From the NCBI GenBank assembly GCA_965655095.1, contig OZ296651.1, positions 99,014,001 through 99,078,000 of the forward strand: 64,000 bases of DNA. Reading direction: 5' to 3'. The notes below the pieces were generated by a model, which did no database searches, was not told the DNA's origin, and saw only the letters and a list, made by a program, of their open reading frames with translations. Made by a program: the position numbers and the translations under genes. Of the stretch, positions 37,684-50,478 are shown piece by piece (position 1 is the first letter of the stretch; the number at the start of each line of letters is the position of its first letter). Source of the DNA: Haplodiscus bocki. Lineage: Eukaryota.

Positions 37684-38484
37684 ATGAACATGAGCTGGTT
37701 GAGTAATGTAATTCGTAATAACTCCCAACAGACACGTGACAAAAAGTCAAGTATTGCCGGCTACGATGGTAATCGATCGTTAACATCCGCATGGAGAATA
37801 TCACCCGATGCTGACAAATCCAGCCACTATAAGTGGTGGGATATTACAAAGACTCACAATCAATGGGTTCGAGTGGGTGTAGAGACTTACGAGAATTCCT
37901 CAACATATATTGGTCTACGGCTCTTCAAACCAGACTTTGAAAACGGTTATTGGTACCGTCAAAGCCATTTGTCTTTTAAACTAGATGAATTTCCTTGTTT
38001 TGCAACGCTTTTGGGCTTTGGCGACGAATCTGCCACTGAAGCTTCGGGGATAAATGTCCACTATCCTGAAGAATTTGCAAGAGCAATAGAAATTGCACTG
38101 AATAATGGGGTTACATGTGGACGAGGAAGAGACGAGGGAGTAGAGTCTCCTGGGATGTCCTCTTTCAGCAAAAAAAGAGGCGCAGGTAAGAAAACTTTGA
38201 CAAAACCGCCTCCCAATATTTCGAAAGCAAGTGGAAGCCCTCAAATGTCTAAGAAACGGAGCAACACGGGTCATATGAGCAAAGATGAGCTTGCTACCGC
38301 CAGTAAAAAGGGAAATGATCAGCCCTCCAACACAGTTGAAGTTGAGATGCATCCACAGAGTGCTCAGCAAAAGACTGGTGAACGTGGTCGAATGGGTGCC
38401 AATGATGGAATCCATCATGTAGAACAATGTATGAAAATTTGCGGTATAGACGATGACGACGATGATAACGTTTTTCTAAACTGA
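37684..38484 (+). CDS. PC4-like ssDNA-binding protein with disordered basic region and acidic C-terminal tip
   Basis: Intact 266-aa ORF; WVRVGVETYENSSTYIGLRLFK...LSFKLDEF PC4-like pattern; ends DDDDDNVFLN. Confidence 0.65.
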   Translation: MNMSWLSNVIRNNSQQTRDKKSSIAGYDGNRSLTSAWRISPDADKSSHYKWWDITKTHNQWVRVGVETYENSSTYIGLRLFKPDFENGYWYRQSHLSFKLDEFPCFATLLGFGDESATEASGINVHYPEEFARAIEIALNNGVTCGRGRDEGVESPGMSSFSKKRGAGKKTLTKPPPNISKASGSPQMSKKRSNTGHMSKDELATASKKGNDQPSNTVEVEMHPQSAQQKTGERGRMGANDGIHHVEQCMKICGIDDDDDDNVFLN

Positions 38485-39066
38485 ATACTGCATACCTACA
38501 GTGCTTGACACAGCAGTATCATGTTGTTTAGATGTTCTTTTTGCTGGACTGAAAGTTTTTGTTTCTTATCTGTTTAAAGGTCATGTTGGTGTAGTGGTTG
38601 TGTTGCTGACTGATTGCAGTCAAAAACAGATCAGTATGGCGGTGATTCGAATCAAGTGGGGGTTCAGCGGATTCGATTACCTGGAATAGATACTACTGTG
38701 ATTGTTGATGTTTTCATCTATTTGCCTTCTCAAGAGGCCTTCAAGGAGCCTGTAATCAGTCAGCCCTCCCTTTCTATCACTTCTGCACCCAAACATACCA
38801 ACATGACCTTTTTTAATGTACAAAAACTACATGAAAAACATTCATTTTGTGTATCTTTCTTGTAGTGTTGAAAACTATTTTGATGTTTCAAATGTGCGTG
38901 TAAATATGTATGTACGTGTGTGTGTGTCTATTTGTGTGTCTGTGTTTTTCACTAGATAAAAAACTTTTCGAATGAAAATAGTTTCACAAAACGTCGACCC
39001 AGTGAATAAAAAACTAAGATTGAAGAAAAGCAAGCTTTCATCTACCTTTTTGTTACAGATAACGAA

Positions 39067-40171
39067 ATGGATGTCAAGCGAAAACAATACAGCGTTAGCC
39101 GAATGCCACGGAGACGCAGTTTGCTCAAAGCTGCCAACCGGGACTACGAAGTGTACTTCACGGATATCGAGAGCGTTTTAGTTAGACTCCGTGACATTTT
39201 CAACCATCTGATCAACAAACTCATATCGGAAATACAAGAAGATCTTCCGGGGCACTCACACCGAATTGGACTGGTCCTTAATGCTCCAACCCTTAATTAT
39301 CCCATTCATAAACCGTTTTCTTCGGCTGATGACTTCAATGCGGAACTCGTGCTCATTGAAAGTGACAGGGTTGTCAACTCGAACGAAGCATTTGATATGA
39401 GCAATAATATCAAGGTGAATGTGCTTAGCGTGTCCGTGCCAGCGATGGGTGAAAAACGGATTGGTGGCATCCAAAGCCGAACAGTTCCTGATATCAAGCT
39501 TTTCACGAAGCAGAAAAAGTCTGTCATTGTTATCAAAATCTTCAAAAATGACTGTTTGATTGAAGCTTTCGCGATAGGCAAGAAGATTTGCCAGCGAGCA
39601 ATTGTAGAACCTTTGGCTAAAACTTCGGAAAAAAATCTCCATCTGGATCGGGCCCCGACGCAAATGCGGGAGATGCAAATTTTATTGCGAGCATTGGAAG
39701 AAGACCCCAGCTTTGATCAAGACCGTCTGAGTGCTTTCGGCAGTAGCAAACAGGAGCATCTTGCGGGCAATTGTTCTGAAGCGACCCTAACAAGTTCAAC
39801 AGACCCCTTTACTAGCGAACAAACCTTGTTTATTAAGCCTTTTTTCTGGATGATCTCCACTATTTTTCTTCGACCAATATTCTGAGTAAGTTTTGTATTT
39901 TGGTTTACGACAGCAACTTTATGGGGGCCTTTCTGAAATGTTACAACCCAAACGCTGTACATCACATCGATTTACTTTATGACGCCAAAAATTGCCACGT
40001 AGATGTGATAACATCAATGAAAGGTTTGTTTGATGCTCGTCAGTTTTGTTACAGTTGCCACAAGGCTTTCTCCACTGTTAAACACTTGTCTGCTGCGAGC
40101 AGCTGTATGCTTTGCAGACAACCTGGTTGCCTGAATCGAACTGGCTTCATTAATTTTTCACCCATGAATAT

Positions 40172-40251
<80 letters not shown>

Positions 40252-43200
40252 GCTCTTCTCAAGGCAGCTTCCAGGGCAAATCATTGCAATTTCAATCCGG
40301 TAGATGCCGATTGAAACTACGCACTGAGAAGTGCCTCGGTTGCCATGTGAGCTCTGGTGTATTTCATCTTTATACACTGTGTCCTTCTTGTAACAACACG
40401 GTGGCCAAGAGAGCTCTCTCAAATCACATTTGTTCAAAGAATCGATGCACTGTGTGTGCGGTGTATTATCCTATTGCAGAGCGCAAAGGAAATTCCCACT
40501 AATTGGCAGAGCACCAATGGTTCTTACGAAAACCCATCAACCACAACAAGGCGGCCTCTGTCAACAGTGGAGTAATTCACGATTTCCAAAGCCAAAACAT
40601 TGACGATGGAGTAATGAGGCGCGAACCAGCACACCAGGGAAAGATTGATGTTACGGCCGCAAAACGACCAAAATTCGACGAAAATGGACCGGAAGGTATG
40701 GAAAAGAACATTGTTAGTAGTTGTCCTTCAGCCGGACAGAAACCATCAGATGACCTTATTTGGGTATTTTGTATCGAAACGGACCAAATTTGTGCGAATG
40801 AAGGCCTGCATAAGCCGATCCTACTGGCTGCCGAATCTTTGGTAGGTGAAGAAAAAGTTCATTTAGGCTACGACTGTATAAACAAGTTTTGTGGTGACGT
40901 GTTTTCCGGCACAGAGCGGGTACGAAAAATCGAATGGTTTATTGCTCACTTTGGAAGCGGGTTTGACTTTTTAGCAATTTTAGAGTGGTTGTACAGACAA
41001 CAGAAGTACATACCAAAAGTTTTACTGCGAGGAAACAAAATAGTTTCAATGCGAGTTGGAAACAAAGGATCCATCGACTCGTACCTTTTCATCCCAATCC
41101 AATTATCGAAATTCACCAGTACCTCCAATCTGACAGAAACAGCAAAGGGATATTTTCCACATTTTCTAACATCAAAAGAGGTGCTTTCTCCAACTCCTGG
41201 CACTGAGATACACAACTTCCGGAGATGTGACAAAGCGCCACATTGCAGCAAAAGGCAAACAATTTCTACCGATTGTACTCATTGTAACGCCATCGGGAGC
41301 AATTCCGTTTGCTTCCGTTCGATTTCAAGTAAACACTGGTCAGGCAGCAAGCCACAAGAATTCTCATTCAAAGAAGGGGAGTTTCCCCCAGCTTGCGTTT
41401 TTGCGATCAATTCAACGGAAGGACAGCAGAACATTAAAAAGTTTCATGGTTGGCACACCGAGCAATGTAAATTCTACAAACAAGACTTGTTGACCTAAAA
41501 TTTCGAGGCAGAGCTGATTAGCTATTGCAAATCCGATGTAAAGCTGTTGAAGGAAGACTTTATGGAATACCGTTGTTTAATTCAATCAGTTTGCAGCAGC
41601 ATTGGTCCCTTTGAAGTGGCCTGCACTGCCGCATCAGCTTGCAGTTTTATCTACCGGCAGCTGTTTATGCCGAAAGATTCCATTGCTATACTGCCTCAAA
41701 ATGGATACACAGGTGTAGAATTAACTTCTTTTCGCGCCGCTTTGTGGCTTTGCTGGATTGAGCAAACTGCTCGCGATAGGATTGGCGAAAAGTGGGCGGA
41801 CGAAAACGAGATACGTCTCTACAAATCCGGGGCGCTCTGAAAAAAGAAAGAGGAAGAGAACAAACGCTGGGCTCACTCAAAATGGACGGACTTCTACTCT
41901 ATAAAACATGCGATGAAAACTCTTCTGTTTCCAGCTCACAGATGAAAGTACCGCCCAAAATTTACCACTCTAAGGTTTTAAAGTTTTTGGAAGTTACTTT
42001 CACGGCTGTCCATCTTGTTACCCTGACCGTAGTGAGATCATTAAAAAACGCAGTGGCATCACAATGCATGATTTATTTGCAACTACTGTGTTGGATCGAC
42101 TGAATTGGTTCACGATGCAGATCACCAATCAAAACGTTTTCACAACAACTGACAACAATGTTTTTTTTACATCTGGGAGTGCGAACAAAACTGACTTCTT
42201 GAGTTGAGTAATATTGAGCCACAAACAAACAGGTGCCAGCTTGACTTTATGATAAACTACTTGCCTGGTACTTTAGTGGAAAGGCTGGACGCGAAGTCTA
42301 GGAACAATGCAGAAGCGGCCACAACGTTCACGGATAACAATTTCCATGCGGTGGTTTAATTGGAAGAAATTAATTTGTATCGCGCAAAAAACGTTGTAAA
42401 ACTTCAGAACAGTGCTGTGGATGTTCAACGCTACAGTCCCCTCCAACAGCGGGAAGCGTTTGTTGGTGGGCGAACGGAAAATTTTGCAATGCACTGGTCC
42501 CGAAAAGCGGAGTCTCAGGAATTTAAGTAAGTGGATGTTTGTTCTTTGTATCCTTACGTGAATGCGCGGTCTGTCTATCCTCTGGGTCATCCTGACTTGA
42601 TACTAGTTGCTACGGAGCAGCAAAATCAACATAGCAATAAATCGGACAAGAGAGCCACAGCAAAGCCTTTTCAAGCAAGTTTGTCTCCTCTTGGCAATAA
42701 TACAATATGTGCAGTTGATTTCAGATTCCTGAACCGAGAAGAACGAATGTTCAAATTACCACCTTCTTTTCCTCATGCTCGGCAGACACAATTGCATGGA
42801 GAGGTGATATTTTCAACGTCATTTCCCTCTCAATTTCGTTTTAAGTTTGTTGAAACCCAACTGTTAAAAGAAGAGCTGTGTGGTCTCATTAAATGTGAAG
42901 TGTTACCACCCTCGGATTTTAATTTACCTGTACTCCCATTCAAATTTCAATCCATGTTCTTCTTCCCATTGTGTGGTCGATGCGTCGAAGTAAGAAGCAG
43001 CACAGTTGATAATCGTTTTATACAGTTAACATCAAACAAATGTATACACTCCCAGCTGGAGAATAGATGCTTTTGGCGTACTTTCACAACTCCAGAAATA
43101 AAGGTTGCCTTGGAGAATGGATATCGTATCCTCGATGTTTGGAGCAAAATTTGGAGCTGGTCAAGGAGCAAAAGATCAGTGTCGCTGCTCAAAAACTACA

Positions 43201-44184
43201 TAAACGAATTTTCAAAAATTAGGATGGAAGCTTCCGGTTGGCCACAGTCAATTTGCAGCTGCCCACAAGACAAGGAGCCTGAATTCGAAACATTATGTAG
43301 CCACAAGCTTGCTTATTTGAAATATCTCCAGAAGAAAGAAGGGATCATTTCAGACCCTCTTAAAGATTCAAAAAATGAAGGGTTGCGGTTTGATGCAAAA
43401 ACCTTACTCAACAGCTTTTGGGGCTATCTCGGAATGCGAGATAACATGCCAAAAACGAGATATGTCAGTAACTATCGTGAAGTTGTGGACTTTTTTACGT
43501 CAAGAACGCAACGTGTCACAGATGCAACTCTGGTTGGCGATGACGTCATGCTTTTACAGTATCAGCTCAAAGACGATGCTGCCGATGTGCAAAGAAAAAC
43601 CAATGTCATTCTGGCTGCTTTCACAACATCACATGTCAGAATCATCCTGCCCAACAATATGCAACTAGTGAAAGTTCCGAAAAATGTACTCTACTGCGAT
43701 TCTGACAGTATTATGTATGTTCACGACAAAGAGAGGTGCAAACTCCCGGTTAATCCGATTGGTAGCAGTCTCGGTGAGATGACCGATAAACTCCCAAATG
43801 ATGTACTCATTGACAAATTTTGGAGTGCTGGGCCAAATTTTTTACTGTCTCTCAGGTCACAATGTGAATTCTGGACTGGAATATAACGTCTTCAAAAAGA
43901 AAGGAGTGACGCTGAATAGAAAAACGGAGAAGACGTTCAACCCAGAAACTTTTAAGAAACTAATTTTGGGCGAAACTCAAGAACTGCGCAGCCCCTTCAC
44001 GAGTTTGAGTCGTAGTGTGAAAACTGGTCAAATAAAAACCAGACTTTGCGAAAAAAAAGCTCGTCTTACCAGCAACAAACGAGTTTTTGATATCAACTCA
44101 GGAAGCTCTACACCGTTCGGTTTCGTTAAGCAGCTCCCCTGCATGTTATTTGTCATTTGTTTAACCTTCAATGCATTTCTATAG
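39067..44184 (+). pseudogene. polB: Large protein-primed PolB of element C (OTU-like region, Zn fingers, exonuclease, VSR-like insert, polymerase); several stops and frameshifts
   Basis: NDCLIEA...HVDVITSM; AHFGSGFD; DSYLF; KGYFPHF; YCKSDV; SYFHGCPSCYP...IWECE; REAFVGGRTE; DVCSLYP; AKTLLNSFWG; YCDSDS; KKKGVTLN; SNKR...PFGF. Confidence 0.93.
40173..40250 (+). repeat. (ACA)26 microsatellite, in frame as poly-Thr within pPolB
   Basis: Perfect 78-bp trinucleotide run. Confidence 0.97.
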
Positions 44185-44298
44185 AAAAAAATTGAAACAA
44201 AAATCAGTTTTTTCAAACAAGTAAGTCAAATAATGAGTGCCATGATGAACTACAGTTAGGACCCACTGAGTCCCTCGTTTTGAATTTCAGAGAGTTTT

Positions 44299-44949
44299 AT
44301 GGATTTTCGACGAAAGTCGTCTTCCCTTTATGCACACTTCGTGTTTCATCCCAACCAAACTTTCGAAGGAAAAGCTGTTGGACAATGCGAGTACGTCCGG
44401 GAAAAACTGCAAGCCATTTTTGCTGAAAACAACGTTGATTATGTAATCGGTGCCCATCTTTTCCAGTGTTATAAACAATTTGGATACGAAAATGATGACG
44501 TCCGTTGTGTATGAGCGGTCTCTCCGAACAATCAAACCGGTCGCTTTCCTGCAAGGAAGTGCTATATTCTACCTGAGCCCCGGGATTGCTTCACAAACAA
44601 TAACCACATTCATATTCTAGTCAACGCCCCATCAACAACTGCTGCTCTTGATGTTAATTCAAAAAAGGGGACCTCAGCTAAGAAAGCTGAAAAAATGGAA
44701 GCCGTTCCGTTCAAAAAGTCCAAAATGACAAAGGAGGAGGAAGAGGGTGACAACGAAGAGGCGAGAGCTGGACAGAGTAATGAACACGTCTCTTCAACAA
44801 GAGCGCCGCTGAAGACTGAAAATACAATTGGAGCCAAAAAACATGGCTCCCAGGAAGTATTCAATGTTATGCGTAAGTTCCTAGACGAAGAGACATGTGG
44901 TACTAATGAGGTTTTCCCAACAAAAAAAACACAGTCAATTGGCGACTAG
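44299..44949 (+). other. Short ORFs downstream of element C pPolB (44299..44514, 44695..44949), function unknown
   Basis: Co-directional ATG ORFs with protein-like composition; the second has a PFKKSK NLS-like motif. Confidence 0.35.
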
Positions 44950-45335
44950 AGGGGATAATTCGCCTAATAGAAGGTTTTTTCAGCCTAAACTCTGAAGATG
45001 AGGAGAGAGCTGGGAAAATTTTCGGTTCAACAAAGAACCGTATGGTGTCCATACTCGATCTTCAGCAGTTTCTTGTGCTGCAGGAACGATGGTTTCACAG
45101 TGGTGAAAGGTAACACTTTCCAAACAAAAGTGATGGAGGAGAGAAAGAGACAAAGTGCAGACTATGCAAACAGAGAGTTGTACCCTAAACATTCTCCACA
45201 ACTCAGAGTAAAAGTTTTGTGGGATTTTCATTGTGTGTGGGGCCACGAGATTTAGTTTTTGAATTCATTTTTAAAGAAGAAAGTTACTTGATAATTAATC
45301 AAGGACGTCTCCCATGTATGTTCATTCAAATCGTG

Positions 45336-45338
<3 letters not shown>

Positions 45339-45368
<30 letters not shown>
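45339..45368. repeat. (GT)n microsatellite abutting the gap
   Basis: gtgtgt run. Confidence 0.95.
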
Positions 45369-45568
45369 NNNNNNNNNNNNNNNNNNNNNNNNNNNNNNNN
45401 NNNNNNNNNNNNNNNNNNNNNNNNNNNNNNNNNNNNNNNNNNNNNNNNNNNNNNNNNNNNNNNNNNNNNNNNNNNNNNNNNNNNNNNNNNNNNNNNNNNN
45501 NNNNNNNNNNNNNNNNNNNNNNNNNNNNNNNNNNNNNNNNNNNNNNNNNNNNNNNNNNNNNNNNNNNN
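45369..45568. other. Assembly gap
   Basis: 200 N. Confidence 1.
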
Positions 45569-45665
45569 TACAGAACATTTCTCGTTTCATTTCAAACAGA
45601 AACATTCTCGTTTCATTGCAAACAGAACAGTTCTCGTTTCAAAGCAAACAGAACAGTTTTCGTTA
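45569..45665. repeat. ~26-bp tandem repeat end (caaacagaacagttctcgtttca..)
   Basis: Four copies emerging from the gap. Confidence 0.85.
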
Positions 45666-45759
45666 TGCCTTTCAGGTTCCGGGAGTTTTAGGTTTTTTTT
45701 AAATACTAGATAAAAAAATATTTCCGAAAGAATGTCTTTTTATTTTCGTCCAAATACTC

Positions 45760-46253
45760 AGTATAAATCTAACATAACGTTACATAGAGATTCAAATTAC
45801 TTTTTTTCCAGTAAGTTTTCTTGTTGATTTTTTGTACATAAATTATCAAAACAATTGATGGGTGTTGATCTTTTCCATAATACTTTTTGTAGTTATTGAA
45901 ATTTGTTTATGAGTATTCTATGTGTTACTGTTTTCGTAATGATAAAGGACAAGCAACCCCAGCAGAAATTGGATGCACCAACAACCCAATACCAGTAACC
46001 GATAACGTTAGAGACGTAGTGGTTGTAGCAATATTAATACTGCGTCGACTGATTTTATTATTGAGATGAGTGTTTTGTTTAGATATGTTTTTCGATTTCT
46101 GATTTTCATCTTTGAAGTAAGTAATCGTTTCCTGTTGTTTTCAAATGTGGCATTAAAGCTATTCACATAGTTTAATTTCTTTTCCAAGCTCATTTCTAAA
46201 TCAAAACTTTTTAGTGGTGCAGATGGGTTGAGTCTTGGTGTTTTTTGTTCCAT
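45760..46253 (-). pseudogene. Decayed coiled-coil/hydrophobic-hairpin protein with PSAP motif (A-type element D)
   Basis: MEQKTPRLNPSAPL...LEKKLNYVNSFN; shifted frame TTSLTLSVTGIWVVGASNF; TAAATG start. Confidence 0.6.
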
Positions 46254-46711
46254 TTAGATGGCGTAAAATCACACAATGTTCCAAAGTTATAAACTTTTTT
46301 CCTGCGTGATAGAAATTTATCACATCAAGCAGGATTGGTAAAACCACTTTAGGGCTTCGAGATGAGAATGCTTTACCGACATTGGCACGGATCTCCGGAG
46401 CTCTGCCGCGATTTTCCAAAATTTATTTGCCATCTTTTTTGATGAATTCAGCCCCTTTTTGTCAATAGACTTAAAGAAGTCACCTGAAACTTCTGTTGCC
46501 ATTGTGTTATATCTATCAGTCATAGATTCTTGCTAACAGTAATCAATTAATACTTTACTACCCTTAGAGCTTATATCACCATAAAGGTTTGTTGCAGCGG
46601 AGCGGTGCAACACAATACGACTCAGTTTTGAATTTTTGAAGGCTCGTTTAGACAGCATAAAAGCTATCAGGTTTGTAAAACCTTCCTAATAAGATCTGAA
46701 AGTTATCAGTT

Positions 46712-47828
46712 TTCAAATTTTTACTAATTAAAAGGATAAGTCAACCTTTCTTAATTGAACTGAACTTTTTTTACCTATCACTATCATCTTCTAAATAAAA
46801 ACGTAGAGTATTCAAAGCAACTATGTTTAGTTTCCTAATAACTTTGCTATAGGTTGACAAAAACATTTTATCCTGGTGGTTTGTCTAAAAGGAGACTAAA
46901 CACTATAGGTTGTCTTACACCATTTAATGAATTACCATCAGTAACATCACTTTTTGAACGAATTTTACCTATTGTACCTGAATTTGTAAAATTTGGTTAA
47001 TTTCTTCATTATTGGGTGCATATTCTCAATATCAAATCAAACCTAAAAGAGTACTGGAAAACGATTGATCATCAAACCTTATAAGATTACTCCTTTCAAA
47101 CAACTTAGTTTTCATGGTAAAATCATCAGATTTTCTTTGAATGCCTCCCTTTGATATTTCGTCAACATACTCTATAATATTCCCAGTCGGGTAAACCCCT
47201 GGAGGTACTTAGTATGTGATAAAGTCCTAACAATAATGTTTTAAAAACAATTCAATTTCATCTCCATGCAAATCAACTTTAATTTTGAGGAAACTTTCGA
47301 AGTCTTGGAATAAAAATTAAAAATAACCTCATCTTAAAACCCCAAATCCAACATGTTTATCTAGTTTATGACATGCTTTAATAATAAGTGGTGCTGTTAT
47401 TCCTTCTCATAGATCTTAGTCTGAAATAACTGAAACACCGAGGAACTTTTCAATTTTGTTTTTCCCATCTTCATATAAAACTTCAGATTCTATATGTGAA
47501 ATTGTCCAATGGTTTTCATTATGTTTCATGGTATGCCATGGAAACCAATCGTTATAGTATTGATAACGTTTGCATTTAATTTTTTCTTCGGTTATATTAG
47601 AAAAAGAATTGTATATTTCTAAACTTGCTAATCCAACCATCCATTTAGAGTCAGGGCCAAGAATATTAGATTTTTGAAATGGGGAAAATTCTGTCGGTTG
47701 ATTAGGCCTAAACTCAAATGTCCTTTGTGGTTTCCTGTGTGTTTGTTTAATAAGCGTTTCACAGTTTTGGTTATCGAAAGTGAAATACCTTCTGTTTAAT
47801 TTTTAGGTCAAAACGTACCTAGGTTCAT
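46712..47828 (-). pseudogene. Putative minor capsid (penton-like) gene remnant, copy 1
   Basis: WMVGLASLEIYNSFSNITEE, VPPGVY, CDVTDGNSLNGVRQPIVF..LLDKPPG, FYLEDD; TAAATG start. Confidence 0.55.
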
Positions 47829-47865
47829 TTATTTGTTTTGTTTTCATAAAACAGAATCATTTAAC

Positions 47866-48974
47866 TATCGTATGTTAAATAAATGGCAAATAAATGGTAT
47901 CATGTCTTCGTTAAAATCAACCGGTTGGTCAGCATCATCTTCCAGATAAAATGTGATCTGAAAAGATACAGGTTTATTTATAATTTCAAAAAAAATGATT
48001 CTATGTTTTTCATATGTTTTATGACCTGGAGGTTTCTCAAGGGCAAAACTACACAGAATAGGTTTTCTGATACCATTACGATACTCCCAAAAACTGCAAT
48101 CCCATTTTAAAAGATCTTTATCATTTCCGGTATTGTTATCGAGTTTTTCACTTTTATAGCTTCCAGGAAACTTATGAACAAGTCCCTTACTATCACCTAA
48201 AAGTCTTGAGTCTGATTGGGTGAAACCTAATATCGTGTAGAAGAAATTTTTTTAAAATAAACCTTATTGATTTAATAAGGGTTGAGTTTGATCTTAGACT
48301 AAAAACATCAATACGTCAATTGTAATGTTTACTTTTACCTCATTTAGAAGTAAAGACTTTAACATCAAGTTACGATCACTAATTTCATAAATACTTGGTG
48401 GTAAAGTATTACCGGTCGTCTTGGCAGCTAAATGGTCTTCGCTAATTGTTAATTCCATTCCAAAAACCATATCCTCGAGATCATTATCTTTTATACGTTT
48501 TAGTTCTTCAAAATTATTCTTTTAATGAGTGAGAAGATCTGCTAAATAGAAATCTACTTGGGCGCAGCACGAACTGACGACGAAACCCCTCTCCACAACT
48601 TATCTCACGTGTAATTCAATATCATTTCGAGATCTAACCTCTTAATATCTTGTAACCTGTTAAACTTGTCTCCACCTTAACCAGAAGACCAAAACCATGG
48701 TGTAGTCATGGAAAAATTTTTGTTTTCATCTGTTATATTAAAAACGGAGTTGGTTGCTTCAATACTTGTTACTTTTATTAGAGCCTTTTTTCCTCTCTGG
48801 AAAGGTTGAATGAGGATTAAATCAAAAACCTAGCAAATGCTTATTCGCGGAGCGAGCTTGACTCATAGAGTCAGCATTCAGTTTAAATTCAAGTGTTTCT
48901 TGTGGTTACGATCTTGCTTGTTCAAGAAGAGTAATAGTAAGGTTTTTGTTCAAAAGTAGCAATTCAATATTCAT
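47866..48974 (-). pseudogene. Putative minor capsid (penton-like) gene remnant, copy 2 (tandem paralog)
   Basis: PQETLEFKLN, VTSIEATNSVFNITDE, LPPSIYEISD, FYTILGFTQS, HILSGR/EDDADQPVDFN; TAAATG start. Confidence 0.55.
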
Positions 48975-49189
48975 TTAGTTTTTCTAAATCCTTCCCCTAC
49001 AATATTTTTAAGAAAGATTTCGTTTTTCTGGGGAAGTTCTTTATTTTTCTTACTTGTGTTCAATTTGCTATCTCTCTCTCTCTCTCTATCTCTCTCCTTT
49101 GAAAGAGGTGGAAATAAAGTGGTCATCTTCGCTGACGTAGTTTGCACTATTATCAATAGTTATTCTTCGCAGCGTCATTTCTTTTTCTT

Positions 49190-49560
49190 TAGTTTTTTGG
49201 CCAAACAAATTTAAAGCACCAGATTTAAAAACTATTCCTATGATTTTCGTCAAAAAAATCATATATGAACAAAACAAAGCGTAATAGGAATCTAGATCTT
49301 GGAAATTCTTTTCAGAAAATAAACTTTGCTTTTTTCGTTTTTCAATAAACCTAGATAGGCTTAGACGAGGTGAACAAGCTATGAAACGAAAAAACTTTGG
49401 TTAATATATGCAACCCAATGCGTTCTTTTTGTTGGGTGCAAACTTACTAATCCTACATCAAATGTAAAAGGTCAATCTCTTGAATATATCTTCAAATCAT
49501 TCCAAACCAAACAAGAAAGTTTATGTTGAATTTTCATAATTGATGTTGCTTTGTTTTTCA
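49190..49560 (-). pseudogene. Adenain-like protease remnant
   Basis: GLVSLHPTKRTHWVAYIN...ACSP...CSYMIFLTKIIGIVFKSGALNL. Confidence 0.75.
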
Positions 49561-50478
49561 AATTGTAGTTATGAAGAAAATCGTCGAAGGACATTTTCAT
49601 TTAATTCCTCTTATTTAAGTCACCGTCTTTCAACAGGAACATAATCCTTTAGTGCTTCATGCTTCATCCGCATTATATTTGTTTATCAACTAATACATTA
49701 TCTTGCAATATTTCTGTAGTTGATTCCACAGCCTTATCAATGAGGACATCCTCAGACTGTTTCTAATTGCTATGAATTTTTATATCAGTCCAATCTTTTT
49801 CTATAAACGATTTATGACCCTCTTTGTTGATAATATTTTGTCAAGGTGAGCTTTGTTTATTACATGTTCATCATGACGTAATTCAAAGTTTGTTGATACC
49901 TTCTCTTCTTTTTCAAATGTGTCGTTTACTTTGAGTTTTAGTTGGTTGGGGTTTAAATCCTCCATTCTATCTTTTGCAGAAGCATTATTATAAAACTCAC
50001 TTTTCAGTATTTTATCATAACATATACATGGCTTTTTTATTATTTTTTCATTTGTTTTTCCAGACTTGTCATAATTAAGTTTGACCTTTTTTCGTCATTA
50101 AACTGTCTTAAAGGCTTTGCTTTAGATTCTTCATTATACACTAATCATTCTCCTTGAAAAATTTCTAAAGATTCATTTTCTGTAGATAATTTTATTAGAT
50201 CATGACCCATCAAATCAAAAGCTTTTTTAATTGGTAGGCATCAAAGAAACTAATTGTTCTTTTTTTCAGCTGATGTTGCTAAAGATTAAGAGTTGAATTC
50301 TTTTAAAACCTGTACTGTAATATCTCTCACAGTTTCATCATTAGAGATAAATTGCAATGCTAATTCCTTTAGATAAAAAAAGGCTATAGGACTGTAACGC
50401 AAATCTTATAGGTTATTATTATGAAAACCTCCTTCTAGATATTCATGCTTTATCTCTTGCATGGAGCCACGTTTCAAT

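Larger units (their letters stand above)
35150..45368 (+). mobile_element. Element C: pPolB-encoding Polinton-like segment with no capsid, ATPase or integrase visible; truncated by gap, termini not found
   Basis: Higher GC than the flanks; co-directional ORFs including a PC4-like gene and a ~5.1-kb pPolB. Confidence 0.7.

Noticed and set aside
35918-39058. Direct splice of the PPPY exon onto pPolB
   Set aside because: The phase-0 donor does not match the PolB frame at the 39058 acceptor
39884-39913. Intron gtaagt...gacag inside element C pPolB
   Set aside because: A single frameshift in the T-run at ~39840 gives continuous FLDDLHYFSSTNILSKFCILVYDS, so no intron is needed
37981-43192. Minus-strand ORFs overlapping element C genes
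   Set aside because: Antisense shadows of the plus-strand coding sequence
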